Shown here piece after piece: positions 42,078 through 53,292 of a stretch of 64,000 bases of DNA. Under the pieces are notes generated by a model that saw nothing but the letters and a program-made list of their open reading frames with translations, ran no database searches and was not told the DNA's origin. Origin of the DNA: an uncultured cyanobacterium (GTDB lineage: Bacteria > Cyanobacteriota > Cyanobacteriia > Cyanobacteriales > Cyanobacteriaceae); the NCBI GenBank assembly GCA_963710605.1, contig CAVQBA010000006.1, positions 288,001-352,000 of the forward strand. The letters run 5' to 3'. Each line of letters begins with the position of its first letter. Position 1 is the stretch's first letter. The position numbers and the translations under genes are program-made.

Positions 42078-43157
42078 ATGTCAATAATTAAACCAACTAA
42101 AATCTTTAAACGTACTTTCGGCTCTTGTTTGTCTTTGTGTTTAGGATTATTATCAACTTCTTGTGGCAATAACTCCCCGATTACATCAAACAAAACTGTC
42201 TCCTTACAAGGCTCTGGTACTTCTTTTCCTGCACCTTTATATCAAAGATGGATTCAAGAATATAGTGATAATTATAACAATATTACGATCGATTACGAGT
42301 CAATAAACAGTGGTATCGGGATACAAGATTTTATGGCAGAAAATGTTGATTTTGGAGCGACAGACGCACCTTTAACAACAGAAGAAAGAGCTAGATATCC
42401 TGAAGATAGAGGTCAAGCAATTCAAATACCAATGACAGGGGGTTTACTCGTTTTTGCTTATAATCTATCTGATTATGAAGATAGTCAAAATATTCGTTTA
42501 TCTCGTCAGACTTATTGCGGTATTGTTAAAGGTGAAATCACTAACTGGAATGATCCTGCTATCATAGCTGATAATCCTGATGCACGTTTACCTAATTTGC
42601 CTCTAATTTTCGTTCATCGTGATGACAGTAGTGGTACTACTTTCTTATTTGCTAATCATCTACAAGAAGTTTGTGATAATTGGGAGTTAGGGGCGAGTAA
42701 AGTCGTTGAATGGCCAGTAGGAATAGGTGCTGATGGAAATGAAGGTATCAGTGCTTTAATTCAACAAACCCAAGGTACAATTGGATATCTTCAATATTCT
42801 TATGCTGAAAATGAAAATATACAAGTGGCAACGCTAGAAAATCAAGCAGGTAATTTTATTAAACCTAGCTCAGAAAGTGCTTCTAGGGCATTTACAATTG
42901 ACCAAATACCTGAAGATTTGGTAATATTGATTCCCGATCCTCAAGACACGAATGCTTATCCGATAGTCGGTTTAACTTGGTTACTGGTGTATAGCAGATA
43001 CGACGAAGAACCAGATAAAGCTAGAGTAATGCGAGATTTTGTGGAATGGAGTTTGACTCAAGGAGATGAGATTGCTTCCGAGTTAGGTTATTTTCCTCTT
43101 CCCGATCAATTACAAACAAGGGTACTTAATACAATCCAAAATAACTTAGAACAATAA
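42078..43157 (+). CDS. pstS: Phosphate-binding lipoprotein PstS, copy 1
   Basis: Lipobox-like STSC; GSGTSFPAP, DFGATD, HRDDSSGTT, YPIVGLTW. Confidence 0.92.
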   Translation: MSIIKPTKIFKRTFGSCLSLCLGLLSTSCGNNSPITSNKTVSLQGSGTSFPAPLYQRWIQEYSDNYNNITIDYESINSGIGIQDFMAENVDFGATDAPLTTEERARYPEDRGQAIQIPMTGGLLVFAYNLSDYEDSQNIRLSRQTYCGIVKGEITNWNDPAIIADNPDARLPNLPLIFVHRDDSSGTTFLFANHLQEVCDNWELGASKVVEWPVGIGADGNEGISALIQQTQGTIGYLQYSYAENENIQVATLENQAGNFIKPSSESASRAFTIDQIPEDLVILIPDPQDTNAYPIVGLTWLLVYSRYDEEPDKARVMRDFVEWSLTQGDEIASELGYFPLPDQLQTRVLNTIQNNLEQ

Positions 43158-43443
43158 TAACACCGAAAATACGATCGTAATCTATCTAAAATTCACTTAT
43201 TTTCTTTCATTACGGTCTTTTTTTTATGATTTTACCAAAAATAAAAATGAGTAAATCGATCGAATTATAGGTAAAAAAGCTAATTCCAGAATAAATTATT
43301 AATAATAATCTATTCTAAAAAAAATAGTATTTAGACTTGAAAAAAGTTTTTTCTCTATTTTAGTTCAAAATAAACTTATTTTATTTTTATTAGTATAACA
43401 AGTTACTAAATGATCAAAAATAAATGCTTTATAATATCCTAAT

Positions 43444-43473
43444 ATTTATCAATTCTTTACCTGATTTTAAACT
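43444..43473 (+). promoter_or_regulatory. Pho-box-like site upstream of the second pstS
   Basis: ATTTATCA-att-CTTTACCT-gat-TTTAAACT, at the same distance from the ATG as in copy 1. Confidence 0.55.
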
Positions 43474-43526
43474 AGACTAGGTAGCTTAAATACATGATGA
43501 ATAAGATGAGTAAAATCTGAATTAAA

Positions 43527-44600
43527 ATGTCAATAATTAAAACGACTAAAAAAATTAAGCAGACTTTTAGTTCATGTTTATTTTTGTGTTTAGGCTTGTT
43601 GTCAGCATGTGAAACAAAATCTCCTGTTGCTTCAAATACAACTGTCTTGATACAGGGTGCTGGGGCTTCTTTTCCCGCTCCGTTGTATCAAAAATGGATT
43701 CAAGAATATACTGATAATTATGAAAACATAAAGATTGATTATGAATCGGTAGGCAGTGGTAAAGGTATCCAAAATTTTATGGCAGAAAATGTTGACTTTG
43801 GTGCCACAGATGCTCCTTTAAAATTGGAAGAAAAAGCAAGATATCCTCAAAATAGAGGTCAGGTAATTCAGATTCCTGTCACAGGAGGTTTACTCGTTTT
43901 AGCTTACAATTTATCGAACTATGAAGATACTCAAGACATTCGTTTATCTCGTCAAACTTACTGTGGTATCGTCAAAGGTGAAATCACTAACTGGAATCAT
44001 CCAGCGATTGTGGCTAATAATCCTGAGGCACGATTACCCGATCTACCTTTAATCTTTATACATCGAGATGATAGTAGTGGTAGTACTTTTTTATTTACTA
44101 ATCATCTACAAGAAGTTTGTGATGATTGGCAATTAGGGGCGGGAAAAGAAGTTGAATGGGATGTAGGAATAGGTGGTGATGGTAATGAAGGTGTAAGTAC
44201 TTTAATTCAACAAACACAAGGCACAATTGGGTATATTGAATATTCTTATGCTAAAACCAAAAACCTGCAAACTGCTTATTTAGAAAATCAAGCGGGTAAT
44301 TTTATTAAACCTTCATCAGATAATGCTTCTAAGTCATTTGTCATTGATACTATTCCTGAAGACTTTGCCATAACAGTCACAAATCCTCAAGCTATTGATG
44401 GTTATCCTATAGTTGGTTTAACTTGGCTGTTAATCTATAGCCAATATGACGATCGAGATAAGGCAAAAACAATACAAAACTTCGTTGAGTGGAGTTTAAC
44501 TCAAGGAGATGATATTGCCTCCGAGTTAGGCTATTTTCCTCTCCCCGATCGATTACAAACAGAAGTATTAAACAAAGTAAAAAACAACCTATCACAATAA
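43527..44600 (+). CDS. pstS: Phosphate-binding lipoprotein PstS, copy 2
   Basis: Lipobox LSAC; GAGASFPAP, GSGKG, DFGATD, HRDDSSGST; colinear paralogue of copy 1. Confidence 0.92.
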   Translation: MSIIKTTKKIKQTFSSCLFLCLGLLSACETKSPVASNTTVLIQGAGASFPAPLYQKWIQEYTDNYENIKIDYESVGSGKGIQNFMAENVDFGATDAPLKLEEKARYPQNRGQVIQIPVTGGLLVLAYNLSNYEDTQDIRLSRQTYCGIVKGEITNWNHPAIVANNPEARLPDLPLIFIHRDDSSGSTFLFTNHLQEVCDDWQLGAGKEVEWDVGIGGDGNEGVSTLIQQTQGTIGYIEYSYAKTKNLQTAYLENQAGNFIKPSSDNASKSFVIDTIPEDFAITVTNPQAIDGYPIVGLTWLLIYSQYDDRDKAKTIQNFVEWSLTQGDDIASELGYFPLPDRLQTEVLNKVKNNLSQ

Positions 44601-44718
44601 GACAATTGATAAATTGATAATAATAACTAATTATCATAAGTTTAGTTTATTAATTGTACATTTTGCATAATAAAAAATAATGAGTACCAAAATAACATAA
44701 GCTTAAAAAAGAACTACC

Positions 44719-45852
44719 ATGAGTACCGTTTTAAAAACTAGAAAGATGTCTCAATCTCCTAAAAGTATAGTCGCAATACCTTATAAAGTTATTCAAGGAT
44801 TAATTGCGAAGAAAGTATCAGGTAAATTGACAATAGAAGATCCCAATGATATCTCTATTGTTTGGGTATTATACTTAAATGATGGCAAAATTAATTTTGC
44901 TACTAGCCAAGGCGGTAAAATCCAACGAATTGTTTATATTCTGACTAAATACTATCCTGGTTACTCATGGGAAATACCTCAGCAAGTTGATGATGATTAT
45001 CAATTTTTTGAGCAGTTATATCAAAACAAATTACTAACAAAAGAAAAATATCGACAAATTCTTTGGGTATATACTCAAGAAGCACTAATTCAATGTTTAT
45101 CATTATCTAGAGCAAAAGTTAGCTTTAGTAAAGAAAATAATTTAGGAGAAATTGTTTTGAATGCTAGTATTAAAAAGCTAGTAAATCCTATCAAGAGAGA
45201 TATTAGCTTATGGGCAAAACAAAAGCAATCAGTTTCTTCACCATTTATCCGCCCTGTGATTCAAAAATGGCCTTCTCTTCAGTATCATTTGATCAACAAG
45301 CAAACCATACTAAAAAAACTCGAAAAACTCAAACCTTACTTTAATGATGAATGTACATTATACGAAATTGCCGAACATTCTGAATTTACAACTTTAGAAT
45401 TAGCTACAATTATCACACCTTTAATTAAAGAAAAATTAATTATCATCAAAACATTTAAAGACATACCAGTGAGGAGAAAACCTGTGGTAGCTTGTATTGA
45501 TGATAGTGCCGCAATACAAAGAGTTGTTAAAATGACTTTGATAGCTGGAGGATTTGAGGTAGTTAGTATAACAGAACCAGCTCTTGCAATTAGTTCTTTT
45601 GTACGGAAAAAACCTGATTTAATTTTAATGGATATTAATATGCCTAACATTGATGGCTATAAATTATCTTATATGATTAGACAATCAACTTTGCTAGCAG
45701 ATATACCTATTTTAATGTTGACAGGTAGAGATGGAGTACTCGATCGAGTGAAGGCAAAAATGGTCGGTGCAGTCGGTTATGTATCTAAACCGTTTGAGCC
45801 GCAAGAATTGATAAAATCAATCAATGAACATATGATGCAAAATAAAATTTAA
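44719..45852 (+). CDS. PatA-type response regulator (PATAN plus receiver)
   Basis: N-terminal SGKL...W.LYL..GKI.FA; C-terminal ACIDDS, LILMDINMP, KPF; first gene of a taxis cluster. Confidence 0.88.
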   Translation: MSTVLKTRKMSQSPKSIVAIPYKVIQGLIAKKVSGKLTIEDPNDISIVWVLYLNDGKINFATSQGGKIQRIVYILTKYYPGYSWEIPQQVDDDYQFFEQLYQNKLLTKEKYRQILWVYTQEALIQCLSLSRAKVSFSKENNLGEIVLNASIKKLVNPIKRDISLWAKQKQSVSSPFIRPVIQKWPSLQYHLINKQTILKKLEKLKPYFNDECTLYEIAEHSEFTTLELATIITPLIKEKLIIIKTFKDIPVRRKPVVACIDDSAAIQRVVKMTLIAGGFEVVSITEPALAISSFVRKKPDLILMDINMPNIDGYKLSYMIRQSTLLADIPILMLTGRDGVLDRVKAKMVGAVGYVSKPFEPQELIKSINEHMMQNKI

Positions 45853-45870
45853 TTAAGGAAAAATTATTTA

Positions 45871-46233
45871 ATGAAAAAAATTTTAGTAGTGGATGATTCT
45901 AAATCTCAGCAAAAATTAGTCAACGGTTTGCTTAAAACTTTAAATGTAGAAATTGCTTCTGCTGAAGATGGTAATTCAGCTTTAAAGTGGTTGGGTGAAA
46001 ATGATTTACCAGATGTTATTTTAATGGATATTGTGATGCCTGATATGAGTGGATTAGATGTGTGTCGTCATATCCGCCAAGAAATGAATCATAAAGCCGT
46101 ACCGATTATTTTTGTAACTACAAAGAGCGAAGATTTTGATAAGTTTTGGGCATTAAGACAAGGAGGAAATGATTATATCACTAAGCCCTATAGCCCGATG
46201 GTTTTGATCAATACTGTTAAAAATTATTTATAA
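45871..46233 (+). CDS. CheY-like single-domain receiver
   Basis: ILVVDDS, DVILMDIVMP, DKFWALRQG, KPY. Confidence 0.92.
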   Translation: MKKILVVDDSKSQQKLVNGLLKTLNVEIASAEDGNSALKWLGENDLPDVILMDIVMPDMSGLDVCRHIRQEMNHKAVPIIFVTTKSEDFDKFWALRQGGNDYITKPYSPMVLINTVKNYL

Positions 46234-46257
46234 ATGTTTAATTAATAACTTTAGTAT

Positions 46258-46701
46258 ATGGATTATTTTATCGTCGAGTTAGCTCAAAAAACATCAACAA
46301 TCGCCATTCCTCTGGAGCAAGTTCAAGAAGTAATTAGTGTTAATGCTGTTGACATTTGCCCTATCCCCGGAGTTAGTGAGGCTATTTTGGGGATGATGAA
46401 TCAAAGAGGAAACTTAATCTGGTTATTAGATTTATCACTACTTTTGCTAAATGATCGTACCTTAAATAATCAAATACGATCGGCTAAAGTGATTATCGCC
46501 ACAATCGAACAAAAAAAAATTGGTTTAATAGTAAGTAAGTTACAAGAAATAAAAGAGTTGTTAATAATTAATCCTCAAAGGGAAATATCTAATTATCAAA
46601 CAACTGATTATTTTATCGGTATTACCGACAATGAGCTAGCAGAACCAATTGCTGTGATTGATTTAGACAAAATTAATCATTATTTAAGTCTTCGTAATTA
46701 A
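46258..46701 (+). CDS. cheW: CheW-like adaptor
   Basis: IPLEQVQEV, PIPGV...LGMMNQRGNLIWLLDL. Confidence 0.9.
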   Translation: MDYFIVELAQKTSTIAIPLEQVQEVISVNAVDICPIPGVSEAILGMMNQRGNLIWLLDLSLLLLNDRTLNNQIRSAKVIIATIEQKKIGLIVSKLQEIKELLIINPQREISNYQTTDYFIGITDNELAEPIAVIDLDKINHYLSLRN

Positions 46702-46754
46702 TAATTTATTCAATCTACTACTATTACTACTACTTCTTTATAAGGTATTAAATT

Positions 46755-49343
46755 ATGACTCAAATTGAAAGTAAACGCGATCTAATTCAATCTCAATTTT
46801 CTCCTGATATTATTGAATTACAAAATGCTGTTAATGATAATCCTGAAGATTTAATTAATAAATTATCTTTAGCGATCGCACTTGAACAAGAAAAACACTA
46901 TCAAGAAGCGTTCGATGTTTATCAAGATATCATTAAAAATGACGAAGAAAAAGTCTTATCTGATACCGCTCAAGAAGCAATTAATAACCTTAAAGCTCAA
47001 AACTTAATTGTTACTCCTGAAGTAGAAATAGCTCAAAAACAAGAGCCGATACAAAAGCAAAAGCTACAAGTAATTGAGCAAAAGAAAGAAAAAAGTGATT
47101 TACTTTACAAATTAGCTAGTTTACCGATTGGTTCAAAACAATTTATTGCTTTATTAGTATCTAGTTTAATTTCGATTTTAGGGGTTGTTTTAGCAGGGAG
47201 ATTTATTGCTACTACCTTGGGTGAGGCTCAATTAGAAAGACAAGCGGTGACAGAATTAGAAGTCTCCTTAAACAACTATCAATCTCGTATTAACGAAACA
47301 GAATCAGGATTTAGAGGGCAAGCAGATAACAGCACGGTGATTGAAGCGGCTAAGATTTATCGAGCGACAGGCTTAGTACCAAATAATTTGGAAACTAATT
47401 TAAGAAGAATTTTAGTTAATGAAGTATCATCTCGTCAAATTGAGTACGCTACACTAATTGGTTTAGATAGTAAAGTAATTGCTAGTGCTAATAAAGATCG
47501 ATTCGGAATTATTTTCAACCCGAATAATTTGTTAGAAGAAACATTAAAAAATCCTCGTCGATTCCAAACAAATGCGATCGTCTCAGCCGAAGAAATTGCC
47601 ACCGAACAACCACCATTTTATGAAAGAATTAAAGACCAAGATGTATTAATGAACTTTACTTTCACCCCTGTAGTCGATCCAGCGGCAAATATAATCGTTG
47701 GTTTTTTAGTTGGTGGAGAAATAGTTGATGGTAAAACTTTATTCTTAAGAAAAACGCTAGAGACAATCGGTGGTGGTTATGGAGCAATTTATGCTTATAA
47801 AAATGACGAATTAGTTTTGGTTACCTCGGCATTACAAGAAGCCGGTAGCGATGAAGTTGAGACAAACATACCCTTACCCGATTTAAGCATTATTGAACAA
47901 GCACGAAGAGGGGTTGGTGGCGACTTAGTCCAACATCTGAAAATTGAGGATAAATGGTACTCTGTGGCGGTAAAAGCCCTACCTAACTATCAAGGGGAAG
48001 AAATTGCTTTTCTAGTTAGAGGTACACCAGAAGCCCAATTACAAACATTACTTAATCAAAGTTTGACTTATCAATTATTAGTTGGTTTAGCGACTTTATT
48101 AGTAGCAATTCTATTAGCCCTTTTACTCGGAAAAGCATTAACTCGCCCAATTTTGAAACTACAACAAACAGCCGAGAAAATTGGTGCGGGTGAGCAAAAT
48201 GTAAGAGCGGAAGTTACCAGTAATGATGAAGTAGGGCAACTAGCACAGACATTAAACGAAATGGCGGCACAAATTGAAATCTCTAATGCCGAAATCGAAC
48301 AATTAGCTCAACAACAAGAAGCAGAAGCAAAACTACAAAGACAGCAAAGAGAAGAATTACAGAAAAACGTGATCAATCTCTTACTCGAAATTGAAGGTGC
48401 AAGTAGAGGGGATTTGACTGTAAAAGCTGGGGTAGTAGCAGGGGAAGTTGGTTCTATTGCAGATGCTTTTAATACTACCATTAGAGGGTTAAGAAAACTG
48501 GTACAACAAGTAATCGATTCAGCCACCTTGGTACAACAAACAGCTTTAAGTAATGGACAATTAGTTAATAACTTAGCTCAAAACTCTAACAAACAAGATC
48601 AATCTATTCAAACAGTCGGGGTATCAATTGAAGAAATTGCTCAAAAGAGTGAAAATATTAGTGAATCAGCTCAAAATGCGTCTTCGATCGCTCGTGAGTC
48701 TCGTTTAACTGCCCAAGAAGGAGAAAAACTAATTGATGATACCGTAGATAATATCTATCAAATTCGTCATACTGTAGCTGATACCGCTAAAAAAGCCAAG
48801 CGTCTAGCTGATTCTTCTCAAGAAATTTCTAAGATTGTCAGTATTATTTCCAGTATTTCTGAGAAAACAAACCTCTTAGCTTTCAACGCTTCAATTGAGG
48901 CGGCAAGGGCGGGAGAAAATGGTCAAGGTTTTCGGGTAGTAGCCGATGAAGTACGAAGACTAGCAGAACAGGTTACATTTTCGACTCAAGAAATTGAACA
49001 ATTAGTTATCGGTATTCAAGAAGAAACAGGTCAGATGATGAGTATGATGGAAGAAAGTACGACTCAGGTAGTCACAGGTACTAATTTAGTTAAAAGTACT
49101 AAAGATAACCTACAAAAACTTGCTCTAATTAGTAATCAAATTGATACACTCTTAGAATCAATTACTGCTAGTACTGTACAGCAAAAATTAATTTCGCAAA
49201 AAGTGAATAATCAAATGCAAGAAGTAGCGGTAGTAACCAAACAAACAGCAGTTGAATCGAATACTGTATCTCAATCTTTACAAGAGTTAGTGACTGTAGC
49301 AACAGATATGCAAAAATCGGCTTCTGACTTCCAAGTAAACTAA
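46755..49343 (+). CDS. Methyl-accepting chemotaxis protein: TPR-like N-terminus, two TM, large periplasmic sensor, HAMP, signalling domain
   Basis: [13 protein letters not shown] (HAMP); [33 protein letters not shown]. Confidence 0.95.
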   Translation: MTQIESKRDLIQSQFSPDIIELQNAVNDNPEDLINKLSLAIALEQEKHYQEAFDVYQDIIKNDEEKVLSDTAQEAINNLKAQNLIVTPEVEIAQKQEPIQKQKLQVIEQKKEKSDLLYKLASLPIGSKQFIALLVSSLISILGVVLAGRFIATTLGEAQLERQAVTELEVSLNNYQSRINETESGFRGQADNSTVIEAAKIYRATGLVPNNLETNLRRILVNEVSSRQIEYATLIGLDSKVIASANKDRFGIIFNPNNLLEETLKNPRRFQTNAIVSAEEIATEQPPFYERIKDQDVLMNFTFTPVVDPAANIIVGFLVGGEIVDGKTLFLRKTLETIGGGYGAIYAYKNDELVLVTSALQEAGSDEVETNIPLPDLSIIEQARRGVGGDLVQHLKIEDKWYSVAVKALPNYQGEEIAFLVRGTPEAQLQTLLNQSLTYQLLVGLATLLVAILLALLLGKALTRPILKLQQTAEKIGAGEQNVRAEVTSNDEVGQLAQTLNEMAAQIEISNAEIEQLAQQQEAEAKLQRQQREELQKNVINLLLEIEGASRGDLTVKAGVVAGEVGSIADAFNTTIRGLRKLVQQVIDSATLVQQTALSNGQLVNNLAQNSNKQDQSIQTVGVSIEEIAQKSENISESAQNASSIARESRLTAQEGEKLIDDTVDNIYQIRHTVADTAKKAKRLADSSQEISKIVSIISSISEKTNLLAFNASIEAARAGENGQGFRVVADEVRRLAEQVTFSTQEIEQLVIGIQEETGQMMSMMEESTTQVVTGTNLVKSTKDNLQKLALISNQIDTLLESITASTVQQKLISQKVNNQMQEVAVVTKQTAVESNTVSQSLQELVTVATDMQKSASDFQVN

Positions 49344-49441
49344 TTTAGTTAATAGTTAAGAGTTAAAAGTTAAGAGTTAACTAGCGAATACTTAAATTCT
49401 TAATTATTCATTATTCATTATTAATTATTAATTATTAGATC

Positions 49442-52210
49442 ATGCTTGATGATAACATTTTGGCTTTAATTGCTATTGAATCACGGACTTGTTTTTTAGA
49501 AGAAGATGCCCCAGAATTTTTAGGTATTTTAAAACAAGGAATTCCTCAATTACAATCTGTTTTCCAACAAGAGGGTGAAAACGATCGATTACTTGCAGTG
49601 TATCAAGAATTAGGTAGAGCGGCACATTCAATTAAAGGTGGTGCGGCAATGGCAGGGATGAGTCTTATCACTCAACTTGCTCACCCGATGGAAGATCTTT
49701 TTGAAGCATTACAACATAATCGTATCATCGAGATAGAAACAGCGATCGAATTATTGTCTCATTCAACTCAAGAGTTAGAAAGTTTAATTGAAGATGAAAA
49801 TAACAATCTTACTCATGACTCAAAAATTAAGGAAGAAAATGAGCTTAAAGTTGAAGAATTAGTTACCGTTTTACAAGAGTTTTTAGCATCTGCCCAACCA
49901 GATAATCAAACAGCCGAGATTGGTTTACCTGATCATGATTTTATTAAAACTGCTTTACGTGATGATTTATCAGATTGTATTAATCGAGTACAAGAATTTA
50001 TTGATAATCAAGATTTAGCAACTGACAAAAACTTAAGAGAAAGTTTACATATTTTGTTAGAAGAATGTCAGCTATTAGGACAGGCTTTAAGTTGTGACTG
50101 GTTAGTCGAAATTAGCCAAATTGTTAAAGATTTGGAAGTAGATAATAGTTTACCTTTAATTGATTTTGTTCAGTTATCTATTCAAGAAATAAATAAGCAG
50201 AAAGAGTTGTTTTTATCTAGTGATTCAGATTTTAATTTAGAATTATCTAGCGATTTTAAGAAATTACTAAAACCAACTAAAGTTGAAGTCTTAACTCAGA
50301 CGCAACAAGTTAAGCCGACTATTATTCAAGCTAAAACTAAAACTAAAACTAACGATCGTAAATTAAGAGTGCCTTTAGATAAAATCAATAATATGGGAGA
50401 CTCAGTTGGGCAATTGCTAATTTTTTATGAGCAACTAAGTTTGTATGAAAAGCAGATGAAACTTGCAAGCACAAACCTTAAAAAAAGAACTAAATCATTG
50501 TCTCCTTTAAAAGAAGAATTACAGTCATTTTATGACCAACTAACTATTAATGAAAAACTAAATATTTCCTCTTCATCTAATCAGTTAGCTAAAACTACTG
50601 CCGTTTTAATACCAGAAAAAACAGCCGAATTTGATAGCTTGGAATTCGATCGTTATAATAACACTCATACAACTCTACAAAGCTTAACCGAATTAATCGT
50701 TCAAGTCGAAGAAGTTAGAGAAGATTTTGACTTAGTTAATCGAGACTTCCAAGAAACCTTGATTGATATGCGTAAATCTCTTGATAACTTAGACAAAGAC
50801 TTAAGACAAGTTAGATTAATACCTTTCAATAATCTGGCGAGTAGTTTTATCAAACCATTAGCAAAACTGAATCAAACCTATCAAAAACCAGTAGAATTAA
50901 TCATTGAAGGAAAAGATACTTTAGTTGACCAAAATATCATCGAAGCCTTACGTACTCCATTAAACCATCTAATTAGAAATGCTTTTGACCATGGTATCGA
51001 ATCCCCAGAAATTCGTCAACAATCAGGAAAATCATTACTCGCCCAAATTACCTTAACCGCAAAAATTGAAGGAAACAATGTTGTTATTTCTATAATCGAT
51101 GATGGTAAAGGTATCGATATCGACAAAGTAGCTACAAAAGCAAAATCATTAGGTTTACTTGATTCACAGTCAAATTCATCAGCAAATCGAGAAGAAATCT
51201 TAGAGACAATTTTTTCTCCCGGTTTTTCGACGGCTAATCAAGTTACTGAATTGTCAGGTAGAGGAGTAGGGATGGATGTAGTTAAAGCCGAAATAGAAAA
51301 ACTTAGAGGCACAATTCAAATTGACACAGCACAAGGTAAAGGTAGTCAATTTCAGTTAAAAATACCGATGACACTAAACATCATTTCTTTACTGTTAGTG
51401 AAAATGGGTACACAAATAGTGGCAATTCCTTCGGCTGATGTTAAAAGAATTATTCGTTTAAATGATTATCAAAAAAATGAAAATCAACAATTATCTTTTG
51501 AGGATGAATTAATTCAGTTTTATCCCCTCGATTGTATTTTACCCTATCAAAACGATCGACAAGATCAATTTTCTCAACCCTATGTCGGTTTACTCATTAA
51601 TGTAGCAAACAAAAAAATTATCGTTGGTGTTGATGCTGTAGTTGATGAAAAACCTCTAGTAACTAAAAGTTTAGATGATACAGTTGCCACTCCTCCTTAC
51701 CTAGCAGGTTGTACAATCTTAGGTGATGGTAAAGTTGTGCCTATCTTTATTCCTGATTATTTTAATTCCTTACTGGTAAAATCAAATTCTCAAGCTGATA
51801 ACAACCATCAAGATAATCAACCCAAAGTAATCAAAACGGAGAATATATCAATCATGGTAATAGACGATTCTGTCGCCCTTAGACGTATTCTCACTCGTGT
51901 ATTAACCCAAATTGGTTATCAGGTAACTCAATGTCGTGATGGTAAAGAAGCATGGAATACATTACAAAATACTAATCAGAATTTCGATTTAGCTATTTGC
52001 GATTTAGAAATGCCCGGTTTTGATGGTTATAAAGTATTACAATTAATTCGAGTTAGTGATAAATGGGCTAATTTACCTGTGATTATTCTTACTTCCCGTG
52101 ATAATGATTTACATCGTCGTAAAGCTTTTGATTTGGGGGCAAACGATTATCTCACCAAACCTTTTAACCCTCTAGCTATCGTTGAAAAAGTAGCCAGTTT
52201 TTTTGCATAA
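49442..52210 (+). CDS. cheA: Hybrid CheA-like histidine kinase (Hpt, HATPase, CheW, receiver)
   Basis: RAAHSIKG, HLIRNAFDHGIE, DDGKGID, SGRGVGMDVV, C-terminal IDDS...CDLEMP...KPF. Confidence 0.95.
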   Translation: MLDDNILALIAIESRTCFLEEDAPEFLGILKQGIPQLQSVFQQEGENDRLLAVYQELGRAAHSIKGGAAMAGMSLITQLAHPMEDLFEALQHNRIIEIETAIELLSHSTQELESLIEDENNNLTHDSKIKEENELKVEELVTVLQEFLASAQPDNQTAEIGLPDHDFIKTALRDDLSDCINRVQEFIDNQDLATDKNLRESLHILLEECQLLGQALSCDWLVEISQIVKDLEVDNSLPLIDFVQLSIQEINKQKELFLSSDSDFNLELSSDFKKLLKPTKVEVLTQTQQVKPTIIQAKTKTKTNDRKLRVPLDKINNMGDSVGQLLIFYEQLSLYEKQMKLASTNLKKRTKSLSPLKEELQSFYDQLTINEKLNISSSSNQLAKTTAVLIPEKTAEFDSLEFDRYNNTHTTLQSLTELIVQVEEVREDFDLVNRDFQETLIDMRKSLDNLDKDLRQVRLIPFNNLASSFIKPLAKLNQTYQKPVELIIEGKDTLVDQNIIEALRTPLNHLIRNAFDHGIESPEIRQQSGKSLLAQITLTAKIEGNNVVISIIDDGKGIDIDKVATKAKSLGLLDSQSNSSANREEILETIFSPGFSTANQVTELSGRGVGMDVVKAEIEKLRGTIQIDTAQGKGSQFQLKIPMTLNIISLLLVKMGTQIVAIPSADVKRIIRLNDYQKNENQQLSFEDELIQFYPLDCILPYQNDRQDQFSQPYVGLLINVANKKIIVGVDAVVDEKPLVTKSLDDTVATPPYLAGCTILGDGKVVPIFIPDYFNSLLVKSNSQADNNHQDNQPKVIKTENISIMVIDDSVALRRILTRVLTQIGYQVTQCRDGKEAWNTLQNTNQNFDLAICDLEMPGFDGYKVLQLIRVSDKWANLPVIILTSRDNDLHRRKAFDLGANDYLTKPFNPLAIVEKVASFFA

Positions 52211-52456
52211 TTAATCAAACCTCAATCTCAATATATCTACAGTCTAAACAGAGTCTGACTTGTCTTAAGTATAAAAAACTGATAGATTATTTAAATACCT
52301 ATTTTTGGTTAATTATTTTGGATATAAGTTAGTTTGTTGCACAATACCAATTACTAGCGAATATAAGTATAATTTAAGACACTACACAGAAGATAATGTT
52401 ATAACCATTAATATTATTTGCCAGTCATAATTATTTATTTAAATTAATCTTATCCA

Positions 52457-53155
52457 ATGAAAATAGTTTTCAATACTTCTCCTGTCAAAATTATTAAATA
52501 CCTGAGTATCGTATTTATCATTCTCAGTATCTTAAATTTGATGGTACAACTATCCAAATATGCTTTTGGTTATCGAGAAGCATGGATGTTTATTTTTAAT
52601 ATGGATAGGGAAGTAAATTTTCCTACCTTATATACTGTTATATTACTTGGTCTGAGTGCTTTTATTCTTTTACAAATTGTCAAGTTAGAAAGCAATCAGC
52701 AAAAGTCATTAGTGCCATATTGGAAAAGATTACACTATATCTTTATTTATTTAGCTTTAGACGAAGCATTTCAAATTCATGAGTTATTTATTATTCCTGA
52801 ATTGGGTAAGCAACTACCCGGTATCTTCCATTTTTTATGGGTAATTCCTTATGGGTTAATTACGCTTTATTTTGCTAATTATTTTTTAAAGTTTGTTTTT
52901 AAGTTACCAAGAAAAATCAATCGATTATTGTTAGTTTCTGGCACTTTTTATATTGGTGGGGCGTTAGGAATGGAAATGGTAGAAGGTGTTTGGGTAAGAA
53001 TTGCCGGCGGAATGCAAAATTTGATTTATGCTTTACTTGCTAGTGTTGAAGAAATGATGGAAATTACTGGTTTACTTATTTTTATTTATACTTTACTTAT
53101 TTATATTATTCAATATTATCAACAAAGTATAAATGTAGAGATCAATATTAAGTAA
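52457..53155 (+). CDS. Multi-TM hypothetical membrane protein
   Basis: Hydrophobic; FNMDRE.NFPTLY, LALDE...IHE, VEEMME. Confidence 0.75.
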   Translation: MKIVFNTSPVKIIKYLSIVFIILSILNLMVQLSKYAFGYREAWMFIFNMDREVNFPTLYTVILLGLSAFILLQIVKLESNQQKSLVPYWKRLHYIFIYLALDEAFQIHELFIIPELGKQLPGIFHFLWVIPYGLITLYFANYFLKFVFKLPRKINRLLLVSGTFYIGGALGMEMVEGVWVRIAGGMQNLIYALLASVEEMMEITGLLIFIYTLLIYIIQYYQQSINVEINIK

Positions 53156-53292
53156 AAAGTTAAGTGTTAGGAATTAATAATTAGGTGTTATCACCGATGA
53201 AAGTAAGAAGTAAAAAGTATTAATTCTCACCAAATAATTGCGGACAGTGCCAGAATTTATCACTGGTTTTATTATTATCTATTATCTGTTAT

